The notes beneath the pieces were generated by a model that did no database searches, was not told the origin of the DNA, and worked only from the letters and a program-made list of their open reading frames with translations. Positions 38,147 through 49,299 of a stretch of 64,000 nt of DNA are shown here, in pieces. A program made the translations under genes and the position numbers. This stretch comes from Rhizophagus irregularis (taxonomy: Eukaryota), in the NCBI RefSeq assembly GCF_026210795.1, contig NC_089436.1, positions 930,001 through 994,000 on the forward strand, in the 5' to 3' direction. Numbering within the stretch: position 1 is the first letter of the stretch; every line of letters starts with the position of its first letter.

Positions 38147-39327
38147 TACATATTTGAATATTGGGTAAATTTTAGGTTGATTTGTCATTTTGTCTGATTT
38201 TTTTTTTGATTTCAACCAGTATCAATCAGCCGTCAACCAAATATAATGATTTTTTGCCAAATTTTTATTGAATTTTTATTAAATTTTTATTGAATTGTCA
38301 ATTTTCCATAAATTTGAAGTACATATTTGAATATTGGGCAAATTTTAGGTTGATTTGTCATTTTGTCCGATTTTTTTTTTGATTTCAACCAGCATCAATC
38401 AGCCGTCAACCAAATATAATGATTTTTTGCCAAATTTTTATTGAATTTTTATTGAATTTTTATTGAATTGTCAATATTCCATAAATCGGAAGTATATATT
38501 TGAATATTGGGCAAATTTTAGGTTGATTTGCTATTTGTCTGATTTTTTTTTTATTTCAACTAGCATCAATCAGCCGTCAATCAAATATGATGATTTTTTG
38601 CTGAATTTTTATTAAATTGTCCGATTGGCATCAATCAGATGTGTCGATTTGTAATGTCAGTTGATTTTGGTCTGATTTTTTGCTGATTTTCCATATGTCC
38701 AATTTTTTTGATTTCGACCAGTGTCACTAAGAGGAGAATCAGAGAATTGAAAAGTAATATAGAAAAATGGAGGTTTCTTAATATTGATGAGGTGAGAATT
38801 CATTCCCAGCTATCACATCATATCTGGAAATTTACAGCAGCCATCATGACAAAACAGTATATTAAGTTAAGTGATCTTACACTTCTATATAGTAAAGTGA
38901 ATAGTCATAATGCTTATAATGAACTAACTGAAGATATCTTTCTCAATCATACATTCGATGAAGATAACTTTGCATTGATACGTGCTTTTAAAAAAGATAG
39001 TACTCTTTCAAAAAAGAAGATTGCAACAAAGGAAGACTATAATATGATACATCATATCTTTACTAAATGTAATTTATCAGTTGCAAAATTGCAGAAGCTA
39101 TGGATCATAGATATAAATGTAGCAGATATGATATCATTTATGATATGAATTTAATAGATCAATGGTATAATGAATTATTACAAGCGATAGAAAGGCGCAA
39201 GGAAGTTAACACCAATCTAGATGTGATAAACGTAATGGTCGTAAATAGTGTATAATTTATAATTAAAAGTTTACTTTTAAAGTGTGTTTGGTGCGATAAA
39301 TTTTATTTTATTTTTATCTTTTAGATA

Positions 39328-40130
39328 CACAAGACTACAATAAATTACCGGATTTCTTTAAAAATGCTTGGTAATTTTCATATTGCATGAAAGTTTATAA
39401 ATTTCTGATGAAATCGTTCAAATTTTTATTTATTTGAAAGCTAGTCTATTGTAGATTTTAAATTTTAAATAAAAAAAGGATATTTTATAGTATGGAAAAA
39501 AATTGTCTAATTGTTAATTATGACAGCCTTTTTTAGAATTATTTTGTATATTTATTTACATAGATAGGTTTTAGAATGTCAATTATATAACATTTTTAAT
39601 TACATTTTTAATAACTACAACTGATTAGCTTTCAAATAAAAAAAAAATTATTAAAATCTATTGAAAATTGACAGACTTTTGTATATCTAGAAAAATGCCA
39701 ATTTTACTGAAAATTACTAATAAACTTGAAAAATAATAGTAAAATATAGTAAAATAGGCATTTTTTAAGATATATACAAGTCTGTCAAATTTTAACAGAT
39801 TATAATAATTATTTTTTTATTTGAAAGATAATCAATTGTAATTGTTAAAAATGCAAATAAAAATGGTTGACATATTTGAAATTTTAAAAGTTATCTATGT
39901 GCAAATAAATATATAAAATAACCTTAAAAAGTTATCATATTTTATAATCAGATAATTTTTTTTATATCTTATAAACATTTTTTTTTTATTTAAGATATAA
40001 AATCTACGAAGGATTATCTTTCAAATAAAAAAAAAATTGAGTGATTTCATCAAAAACTTATGTATTTTTATGCAATGTGAAAATTACTAAGCATTTTTAA
40101 AGAAATCTGGTAATTTATTGTAGGCTTGTA
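39328..40130. mobile_element. Fold-back MITE (~800 bp), TA-flanked
   Basis: ACAAG.CTACAATAAATTACC.GATTTCTTTAAAAATGCTT at both ends in inverted orientation. Symmetry continues imperfectly to a centre near 39725. Confidence 0.8.
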
Positions 40131-42284
40131 TAGAACTAACCTTATATTTTTTCTTTTCATCATTCTATATCTGACAGTATTTATGTGTAGCTAACATTAG
40201 TTAGAAAGAAAAATATGGTTTACATAAAGGTGGTTATTGGTCAAATTTTTAGGTCTATCACCTTTGACCTCAAGGTAACAGGTCAGTCTTTTCCTTCTGA
40301 AAAGGCAGTATATTGATAATGTTTAAATTTATTTAAAATACTTTATTTTATTTTACTTTTGTAAATATATTGTATTACTTTAACATTATTATCAATAAAC
40401 ATGATCGCACCTTTACATAGAAAAAAAAAAAAAAAAAAAAATATTTTGATTGATAAATTATGCCAAACTACTTTTATATTACTTTTATAATCTTTTTTAT
40501 TTTGTAATGTTTTAATAGAAAATTATTAGTAATTCAACTCTAAGCATAATGGAAATTATATAATAGCAAAAACTGTAACTTTACACTAAATATTTTTATT
40601 TAACTGAAGTATTTAACTGAAAATACTTATTAATAATAATAAAGCTTTTGCCAGTATTTTAAATTGTATAGTTTAACATTATTTTAAAAGGTAAACTAAA
40701 TTTTATTATTATATTGACTATACTGTATAATATTAGCAAATAATTTTTTTTTTTTTTTTTTTAAACTTTTATTATAGATGCGATCATATTCTATTATAAT
40801 CACGCTTACTTACATATATAAAACTTACAGAATATAAGATAAAAAAAAATACATATAAGAATTAAGCATTATGAAACAAGACTACTTTTCAAAAAGAACA
40901 AGTCGACCTGTCACCTAAACGATCATATCATTGTTAAAAACCATGATGCGACCTCAAATTCAAAGGTGACTGTCATAATCTACCTAAAAATTTGCCCAAT
41001 GACCGCTTCGATGGAATGCCAAATCATTCCATTTATTCCAATTACTTTCTAACATCTTACAGCCAACATTTTTAACACCCACTTCAGTGCGATTACTATG
41101 TGACTTAGCTTTTTTATCTTTATCGCTAATACCGCATCGCTTTTCTTTCTTTACTACACGTTATAAATAACGTGCATGTATGATTCTTTCTTTATTAAAA
41201 AAGCTGTATGTACATACTATCGAATACAGAATGATGAAATAAATGAAAACATTTTCTAAATAATTCGATAAAACTACTGGGAAAGTCTATATATTTTTCT
41301 TTCAAATAAAATTTGCCATATGTAAATATAATCAAATATGGAATGATGTGAAACTAAAAATAAATTCGATAGACAAACTGTCTATATATTTTTCTTTCTA
41401 ACCAAATAGCCTTATGTAAATATTATCAGATAAGGAATGATCTAAAATCCTAAAATAATTATTCATTTTTTCCCTTTTGATAATTTGTTTCTTAATAATT
41501 AGCCATCCCACAAAAGAAAATAGAAAAACAAAACAAGAATAACTAATCATATACTTATGTCCCCTTAATACAACATATCTTGCTCTAATTTACGAGCTTT
41601 AATTGCACACTGATTAACCATGTAGTTATGAGTAACCCCATGTCCACGCCTTGCTCTTCTAATCTCATTACAATATGTCGTTAAAAGACTTTTATCTCTA
41701 ATACTATTCAAACCCCGATGAAATTCTGACCTTGTAATAGGTTCTCGTCTATTGAGTATTTCTTGCCAAGGAGTGACATTATCCTGTCCACTAATTTCCA
41801 TTTTCTGAAGGTCCGTAACAATATTATCTATTGTAACACTTTAACCAGCATTACTCGGCTGTTCTGCTAATAACTTAGCATCATTTCATTCAAAAAAAGC
41901 GTCTTTTTTCTTTCTTAATTCAAAAAAATGCTTTTCGTTAAAAGAATGATTCATAAAAATATCATCTATTAACATTTTGTATCCAACTTTACTCGTAACT
42001 TGATCTACCAGAAACTCTATTTCTTTTTCTGATATGTACTGTTTCTTAAGGATATCACCTCTACGTTTCAACTTATGTTTGGAAATGAGTACCTTTGATT
42101 CAATTCCATTATTTGTAACCTACCATTTATTCTTATTACTCTTGAGGTTGTTTTTAAACCTCTTTTTATACTTCTCTTGTTCTTTTGGCGTCTTAAATTG
42201 CTTGTTTATCCGTAAATTTGAATACGTAACTGCATATTTACGTGCTCCACCATCCATTGAAACTTTTTTTGTATAAGACACGCC

Positions 42285-43051
42285 TAAGGTTGCTTGCCGA
42301 AACCTACATCAGGAAATTTGTTTAGGCGTAATTTAGTGTAATATTTCGAAGGTGGTGTAAAATTTCGAAATATTACACTAAAAACGTAATATTACAAAAG
42401 TTTACGCTCTTAAATTTGAATAATTATAGTAATTTAAGAATATCTCGCTATCTACTGATCCAATCAAGACGATCTATAGCTCATTAGAATCAGCTCATCA
42501 AGACGGATCGAATGGTAGTAAATTCACATTTCTACAGTTGATAGAACGCTCTATAGTATGCAGTAAAGTTTTAAATTAATAGAAAGTCATCTATCAAACG
42601 TAAAGATACGATTTTACTACCATTCGATTCGTCTTGATGAGCTGATTCCAATGAGCTATAGATCGTCTTAATTGGATTAGTAGATAGCGAGATATTCTTA
42701 AATTACTATAATTATTCAAATTTAAGAGCGTAAACTTTTGTAATATTACGTTTTTAGTGTAATATTTCGAAATTTTACACCACCTTCGAAATATTACACT
42801 AAATTACGCCTAAACAAATTTCCTGATGTAGGGTTTAGGCAAGATGGCGTTTCGCCGAAAAGTGAAATTCTGCCGAAACTATATTAAAGTTATATTAAAA
42901 AACTGGCAAAACTTTGGAGAAAGGCGAAACTGCCGAAACTTATTATAAATGCTGAAACTGCCGAAACTCTGCCAAAACTATAATAAATCTATAGTAAAAT
43001 TTTGACGAAACTAATCGTAGGATTTTGAAGAGGTTTAGACAAGCAACCTTA
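42285..43051. mobile_element. Non-autonomous hAT-type MITE (~243 bp without its nested insert)
   Basis: TIR TAAGGTTGCTTG.C.AAACCT, perfect 8-bp TSD GACACGCC (42277-42284, 43052-43059), GCCGAAAC subterminal repeats. Confidence 0.92.
42307..42828. mobile_element. Young fold-back MITE (522 bp), TA TSD
   Basis: CATCAGGAAATTTG...CAAATTTCCTGATG with >200-bp near-perfect inverted arms; TA at 42305-42306 and 42829-42830. Confidence 0.9.
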
Positions 43052-44608
43052 GACACGCCTATGCGTTTACTTATTACTTGTTTAACTTTACTAAAATTCT
43101 TAAACACATTTTGCGGCGGAGGTGTAGAAGTCACTATCACCTTTGAACGACAATTTTGACAAACTTTTCTATTTCTTGACATTACGTAAGCACAGACGTT
43201 ACTACAAAACGAGCATGGGATATAGAACCCCAAATACCATATTCGTTTACCATGATTAAATTTAATATAAGTTGTAGTTTGCCTGTTCTTTTCTTGTTTC
43301 ATCAATCTATTTTCAATAACTACAAGTTTATCCAATAATAATTGACGTATTCTTAAAAAATACTTGTTTCTAGTTTCTATGTCAATAAGTAACCCACAAA
43401 ATACACTTGTCAAGTATTTTGAAATCCTGTATTTAGTATTCATCATAGGCCGATCTGAATTAATCAAATAAGGCTTATCATATTTCTTTATTATATGTCT
43501 ATTGTTGGTAACAATCGTCAACATATCTTTCTCTTTTTGTAAAGAATCCACATGCAAAAGGATATAGGACTTTTCTTTTCTGGTGGAATATATCGTATCA
43601 GCCCCCGTATACCGTTTCACTTTTTCTGGATGGGAAAAAGTATAGCCGATAAAAATTTCTTTATTCGGCATCTTTATCTGATTGGTGCGCCGTATTTATG
43701 CCTTCTTTTGAAAAATTTCGCAAGAAAACAAAACTTTTATGTCTTTAAAGGACTATTAAGCCCTTGTGAATTTGTTCGAACTGAAAAGAGTGATAATAAA
43801 AAGTGTGTTGTTTAAACTAAGGAACACTTTTGTCTTAATACTGAAGTGCTATTTTTCTAGTAATTTAACGAGAAAAAAGCGTAATATTTCTTGTGTGAAA
43901 AATGGACGTGAACGGTACAGGAAAGAGTTTTTTTTAAACTTCATAATATTAGCAAATAATATTAAGGTGTTATTAGATATTACCTAATATCACTTTAATA
44001 TAAAAGCTTATCCTTCTTCCTTTAAGTAAAATATATTATATATATAGTTCCTTATATAGTATTGTATATAACCTAAAATCTTTAGTTATCCTCCTTTCTT
44101 TAAAATATTAGGTAATATTTGATAGTACCCTAATCACTGATTCTTATTATTATTTACTTTATTATAGATTTTATTGGATAAATAAAATATTATTTAAATA
44201 TTTATAATTATAGATAAATACATTGGATAAGATTACAATTAGAAAAAGATTTTTTTTTTTAAAGTAAAAAAATTATTTTTTCATATTTAAATTTCAAATA
44301 TTTAAAAGAAGAAATTTTATTACTATACTTTTTATAATTTTACAATAATCAGAAAATTTTACCAATCATTTAAAAGTAATAATTACTAAAAAGTTATTCA
44401 ATTAAATTACAGATAATTAGAATATTACAATGTTTATATAATTATGATGATTTTTTTCAAAAAAAGTTAAAATCTTAATATTCTGTAATTCAAATAATTT
44501 TTTAATTTAGTATTGATTAACATATGATATTTATAAGTATTTTTGGTATTATATGTATAATATTTATTTATCCTATATTTACTAATAGATATATCAGTAA
44601 TATTAGTA

Positions 44609-44780
44609 CAGTCAACTCTTGTTATAACGAACCCTAGGTTCCAGACCCCAACTTCGCTATAAGGCTATAGTGAAGATTTTAAGAGATTTGATTGGTTAAT
44701 TCGTTATAGTAAGGGGAAATTTATTATAGTTATCTGAAAAATTCGCTATATTAAGGGTTTGCTATATCAAGGTTTGACTG
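44609..44780 (+). mobile_element. pogo/Tigger-like MITE, copy 2
   Basis: Same 172-bp sequence as 30909; TA flanks. Confidence 0.9.
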
Positions 44781-44839
44781 TATTTATTGAATTATCAAGA
44801 ATTAAAAATCTTAATAGTTCTATAGTATGAATTAAAGTA

Positions 44840-46210
44840 TTTATAGTAGTAAGATATTTTCATTTACTTCTTTATATGTATAAATACCTTAAATACTTTT
44901 GTGATCTGTTACTTCCATTATAGCATCTTATAGCATCTTTCAGCATATCAGCATCCTGAAGAATTTGCATAACAGTTTTACAACTAGAGTAATTCATTAA
45001 AATGCTAGGTAGAAGATCTATTTTTACTGATTTTCCAATGTTTTTTATAAAATTTCCTATTCTATTAACTCCACAGTATATTTTCCTATACTAAATACCA
45101 CTTTCATGCTAAAATGAGTTAACTTGTAAGTAAAAATTTTCAGGAGTATCACTAGATCATTTTGAAAGATATTTATTAATATTTGTAATTACTTTTAAAT
45201 CTAAAGAAAGATAAATATCCTTTGCTGAACCTCCTTTAATTTCACGTTAATTATTTTTGCTGTGATACTGGCAAAAAAATTAAATTACCATTAGGTGAAA
45301 AATGAATTGATCAACATGAAGTTCTTAATGTTCTCCATCTTGATATGCAAAATTAGTTGCAATTCAAAAAAATACATGGTATAAAAGACTCTCATAAGTG
45401 TTTGAATTAAAAAATTCATCAGCAAGAATTTTTTGAATTTGTTGTGCAGTTAGTGCCATTGATTCTTCTTTTTTGCCAAATCTATTTTTTTGCAGATATT
45501 TCATTTTACTATTTAATACAGTTTATAATAAATCTGGAAATTCATATTTGTTATATAAATTAATAATTCTATGAATTGGAGAAATTTTTACCAAATAATG
45601 ATTAATAGTATTAACAGCTTGTTTTATTGATTTTGCTTTATATTTGCCAGAATTTTTCTTTTTTAATATTTGAGAATATATTCACAGACTTGCTTTTCAA
45701 TTAGTTTGGAATCTGTGATTTGTTCAAGTAGTATAATATAATTGTATTCCTTGTGAAATTCTTCAAACTGAATAATCCAATTTTGATTTGACTTTCAGTA
45801 TTTGTAACTTTAGCATTACAGTCAAACCTTGATATAGCAAACCCTTAATATAGCGAATTTTTCAAACAACTATAATAAATTTCCCCTTACTATAACGAAT
45901 TAACTAATCAAATCTCTTAAAATCTTCACTATAGCCTTATAACAAAGTTGGGATCTGGAACCTAGGGTTCGTTATAACAAGAGTTGACTGTACTTAGTCT
46001 TCTGATAATAAAAATCAAGTTTTTCTTTAAGAGATGAAGTTGAATTTGAATATTTTGGAAAAAAAGAATCAACCTGAAATGGAGTAGAAGCTGTGATTTC
46101 TAAATTTTTTGCACTAGTAAATACAGATTTAAAAACTTGGAATTCTTGCAGCTTTTTCTAGGCATTTTTAATAATGAATAAATTTTTAAGGGCAAGTTTA
46201 GATGTGACAT
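44840..46210 (-). pseudogene. Heavily decayed Crypton-type tyrosine recombinase (DUF3504-like)
   Basis: Minus-strand fragments: EESMALTAQQIQKIL..SLLYHVFF..QDGEH (RGGEH), YHSKNN*REIKGG, KYLSK..FYLQVN, GVNRIGNFIKNI, MNYSSCKT (TNHSGRKT), TDHKS (TGH.S), YKEVNE. Boundaries approximate. Confidence 0.7.
45819..45990 (-). mobile_element. pogo/Tigger-like MITE, copy 3 (inverted)
   Basis: Reverse complement of copies 1 and 2; TA flanks; inserted in the Crypton relic. Confidence 0.9.
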
Positions 46211-46342
46211 GTTTTTAAATAAAATAAGCTTTTTATAATAAAAATGTAATAAAATAAGCTTTTTATAAATTATTTTTATCACAGGACATTAGTCTCCAGA
46301 GGATAAACAGTTATTTTATGGGAATATCCATGAATATCATTA

Positions 46343-46609
46343 GGCTGTTAAAACTTAATTGTTTGTTTAACATCCAGACCTTTTGAAAAAATTAAGGGGG
46401 AAGGGGGCTTAAGTTAAACAAACTAAATAAATAAACATAGGAAAATTTGAAAATTTCAGAAGGGATTATTTATCATTATATGTTTATTAGCTTTTAAATT
46501 TTTTCAAAAATAGAGGAGGTATTTAATAATATATATTTATTAGATCTCAAATTTTTAAAAAAATAGAGGGGGTGGTGGACGTTAAACAAATAATCAAGTT
46601 GGAACGGCC
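46343..46609. mobile_element. PIF/Harbinger-type MITE
   Basis: TIR GGC(T/C)GTT..AACTT.ATT.TTTGTTTAAC.TCCA, TTA on both sides (46340-46342, 46610-46612). Confidence 0.75.
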
Positions 46610-46612
46610 TTA

Positions 46613-46975
46613 TCTATCTTCTATATATTAAAAAACACTGCAATCACGTGGGCATTATGTTTAGATTAACCATATAAATAAGTCATTTGAATTGTGTAAC
46701 CCTACTCCTATTCGTCGCCAATATTACACAAGACCAAAAAAGGAAATTTTATTTCTGGCGAAAAACTGAAATTTTGAGTTACGCAGGATTCCATAAAAGG
46801 AAATTGTCGGTTACACAAATTTCCAAAAAAGGAAATTTTGTCTTCTGTTACTTTTCAGAGAAATTAAAAAAAATTGTGTTGCTCAAATTTCCAAAAAAGG
46901 AAATTCTTTGCAGATCTTTTAATTCTGGCCGGAATTACATATTAACTGTTGTCGTAGACAACAGGTGAACACTAG
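46613..46975 (+). mobile_element. Non-autonomous Helitron (363 bp)
   Basis: A|TCTATC 5' end, hairpin CTGTTGTC-GTA-GACAACAG (46946-46964), CTAG|T 3' end, no TSD. Confidence 0.85.
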
Positions 46976-47984
46976 TATATATTGAAAATTAATGATATCC
47001 ACGGATTCACATAAAATAATTATTAGTGCTATACTTTCTTTGATTGTATTATAGTTTTACTTGCTGCCTGCTTGACATAAAATAAATAAATAAAATAAAT
47101 AAAATTTGATTAGTTTCAGTTAAATCGAAAAAATTAAACAAGTAATTTTGTTTTTTGAGACAAATACTACAGTATTAAACTACAAATCAGATTTTTAAAT
47201 AAATATTTAAATAAAAAGTTGTAAGCATTTTAAAATTTTTAATTTAAATGACAATCAATCAGTAAACTTCAATTAGTAGTCCGTATATATATCATAGGAT
47301 CCAGTATTAATACAATGTTAAGAGGAAAGCACCTGGACTGATAAGCTGCATGGACTTCATCTACTTCTACAACAGATAGTGTAGTGTAGTTGAAAATAGC
47401 CCCATTAAGTTGTTTAATTTTGAAAGAAGTGCCTTCTATAGGATGCTGAATGTAATGACGCAGAATTGACTCAATCCAAAACCCACCATTATACCCATAA
47501 GTTATATAAGTAATGATAAAAACTAAATTAAATTCTATAAAATTAATAAAAAATTATAAAATCTATATAAAAGAAAAAATGAAAAGTATAAAAAAGTCCA
47601 CTCCACAGGAAATCCATTTTATCTCAAACTGTAGCTTGTGAAATTCATCAATTATAAAAAGATTTGACTATAAAAGTTTTTATTATGGGTACAGTGGTTC
47701 GAAATATAGTACAGTAAAGTTAATTAGCAAATGGTTAGATAGCAAAGAAAATATTAGCAGTTTAGATAATAATACTGAAGGAACTGCGGGCCATTTTTAA
47801 TTTCATTTTTACTTAGCCGGCCTTTTCTCAATTACTTTCCGATTGATTGTTCTAGAAAAAGTAATGCGATGGTCAGTTGATACATTTGTGAAACACAATG
47901 CATTCATATAGATTGTTTAATCATACTTTTTCAATTTCCCACATCAATTCAAAAAAAAAAATCCTTTCAAAAAATATAATCGAA

Positions 47985-48707
47985 ATGCCTATTCAACTCA
48001 TTGGGTTTCTAGGAGGTTATACTCATGAAGTGTCCATTACTCTCGAAGAATTAGGATTACCTTATGATTTCAGTGAAACGACATTTAAAGTTCTCGGAAC
48101 TCCAGAGTTCTTGGCCAGTAATCATCCCTTGTAAATACATTTTTTTTCTTTCTTAAAAATATTATCATATAATTTAACTTATTTATGTTTCTTTTTTTAC
48201 AGTGCAAGAGTTCCCGTTCTCATCGATGACGGATTCAAAGTTTATGAAACTGAAGCAATAACTCGTTATCTGGTGAAAAAATATCAAGGAAAGAAAAATT
48301 CCACCGTTCTTATTCCTACTGATGAGAAAAAAGCCGCCTTGGTAGATCAGTTTATTTCAGTAGGAAACTCATATTATATCCCAATTCTATCTAAATTAGT
48401 CGATGAAGAATTAGTCGTAGAATTGAAAGGTTTAACTAAAAATCCTGAAATTATTAAAGAGGCACTTGGAGAAATTGACAACACTTTAACTGTTTATGAG
48501 AAATTATTAGAGGGTAAAGAATATCTTGCTGGTGAATTTTCTTTGGCTGATATTCTTCATGTTCCTTTTACTCAACTTGCTATTATGTGTGGTCATGATT
48601 TTTGGAATGATCCCAAACGTCCTAACGTTGCTAGATGGTGGAAAAATATTAGCGAACGTCCATGTTGCAAGAAAATTGGCGCTGAAATCGGTATACCTAA
48701 AGTGTAA
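47985..48707 (+). CDS. Glutathione S-transferase (216 aa, 2 exons)
   Basis: Exons 47985-48130 and 48203-48707 join as NHPF|ARVPVLIDDGFKVYETEAITRYL. C-domain YLAGEFSLADILHVP and PNVARWW. Confidence 0.93.
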
Positions 48708-49299
48708 ATAAATTTTTTTTTTCAAAAAGATCTTAAGTTTTTTTTATAGTTATTCTTTGACTACTATGTATTAAATTTTATTATGAATAAATAAATTATA
48801 CATTAGAATATCTTTCTTACAGCCAACTAATCTAGAATTAGTAAAGTTTTTTTTATCGGAATATCATATCGGAAACATTCAAATAATTATCATAGCAAAC
48901 AAGGTTGGACTTAATTTTGATTATTTAGCCGTTGAAGAAGAAGCGCATATATATCTACTTTTTTTTCTAAGATTCGATTTGCATTTATTTTTGCGTGTCA
49001 TGTCTCCAGTTCGCGCTACTATCATATCTATAAAACAATATCCAGGTATGGATATTTTTTCCGGAAATCAATATTTCGCATATAGGATTTGGGGATGTCT
49101 AATCCTGAAGTCATCTTTATTGGCAAGGGAGATTAACATAGTGACGAAATGCTGTAATTGCTAGTGAAAATCCGGGGAATGTTTTCTCCCGCGAAATTTA
49201 CAAGTGATATAACAACGGGGTGAATGAATCGTGCTGAAAAGAAGTATTTGCAAAGCAAGCATAGTCAATATGTCGGGTATGGATCAAACTTCATCTGGA

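Larger units (their letters stand above)
36530..38620. repeat. ~165-185-bp tandem repeat in the CACTG element, interrupted by Tc1
   Basis: GAAGTACATATTTGAATATTGGGCAAATTTTAGGTTGATTTG recurs at ~36691, 36854/38147 (split), ~38316 and ~38490. Confidence 0.85.
33121..38723. mobile_element. Large non-autonomous CACTG (CMC/EnSpm-type) element, 5.6 kb
   Basis: 13-bp TIR CACTGGTCGAAAT / ATTTCGACCAGTG and 3-bp TSD TCG/TCA (one CpG transition). Removal restores the host reading frame. Subterminal CTGAATT/CCGATT repeats; no transposase of its own seen. Confidence 0.85.
32300..39254 (+). pseudogene. Decayed ORF of unit 2A, split by the CACTG element (32300-33120 + 38727-39254)
   Basis: NIKFRIFKYLTAV..TRTKYFNRIRFLLLEK, TTTYIRF..*YFGFHLPY..CLQLCAIVLSRDRKVC, GISYMKQ, then across the insertion KKAELL|AKRRIRELKSNIEKW and KQYI..DIFLNHTFDE. 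All collinear with the unit 2B ORF. Confidence 0.8.
31898..40441 (+). mobile_element. Poly(A)-tailed RT-less retro-mobilised element (unit 2A), ~2.1 kb after removing nested inserts
   Basis: 16-bp TSD AAAATATTTTGATTGA (31882-31897, 40438-40453), A21 tail 40421-40441, AATAAA at ~40394. 5' end, ORF and 3' UTR are homologous to unit 2B. Confidence 0.8.
41565..43671 (-). pseudogene. Reconstructed 444-codon ORF of unit 2B with a Cys cluster (IPCSFCSNVC..VMSRNRKVCQNC)
   Basis: Removing 42285-43051 plus one TSD joins ..ISKRIGVS|YTKKV.. in frame with the 42071 and 41801 ORFs (1332 nt). Three internal stops (TAG, TGA, TAA), each one C>T from a sense codon. Confidence 0.85.
40745..43942 (-). mobile_element. 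Poly(A)-tailed RT-less retro-mobilised element (unit 2B), ~2.4 kb after removing the nested insert
   Basis: Perfect 18-bp TSD ATAATATTAGCAAATAAT (40727-40744, 43943-43960), T-tract ~40744-40762, single intronless ORF. Confidence 0.85.

Noticed and set aside
38708..38726. Predicted start of the 146-aa ORF
   Set aside because: It lies in the CACTG TIR; the real frame continues from 33120.
47290..47410. Hammerhead-like CTGATAAG...GAAA with TCCAG/CTGGA stem
   Set aside because: The core is not CUGAUGA, there is no NUH before stem I and no stem III. The region may be a retroelement 3' remnant, but no TSD was found.
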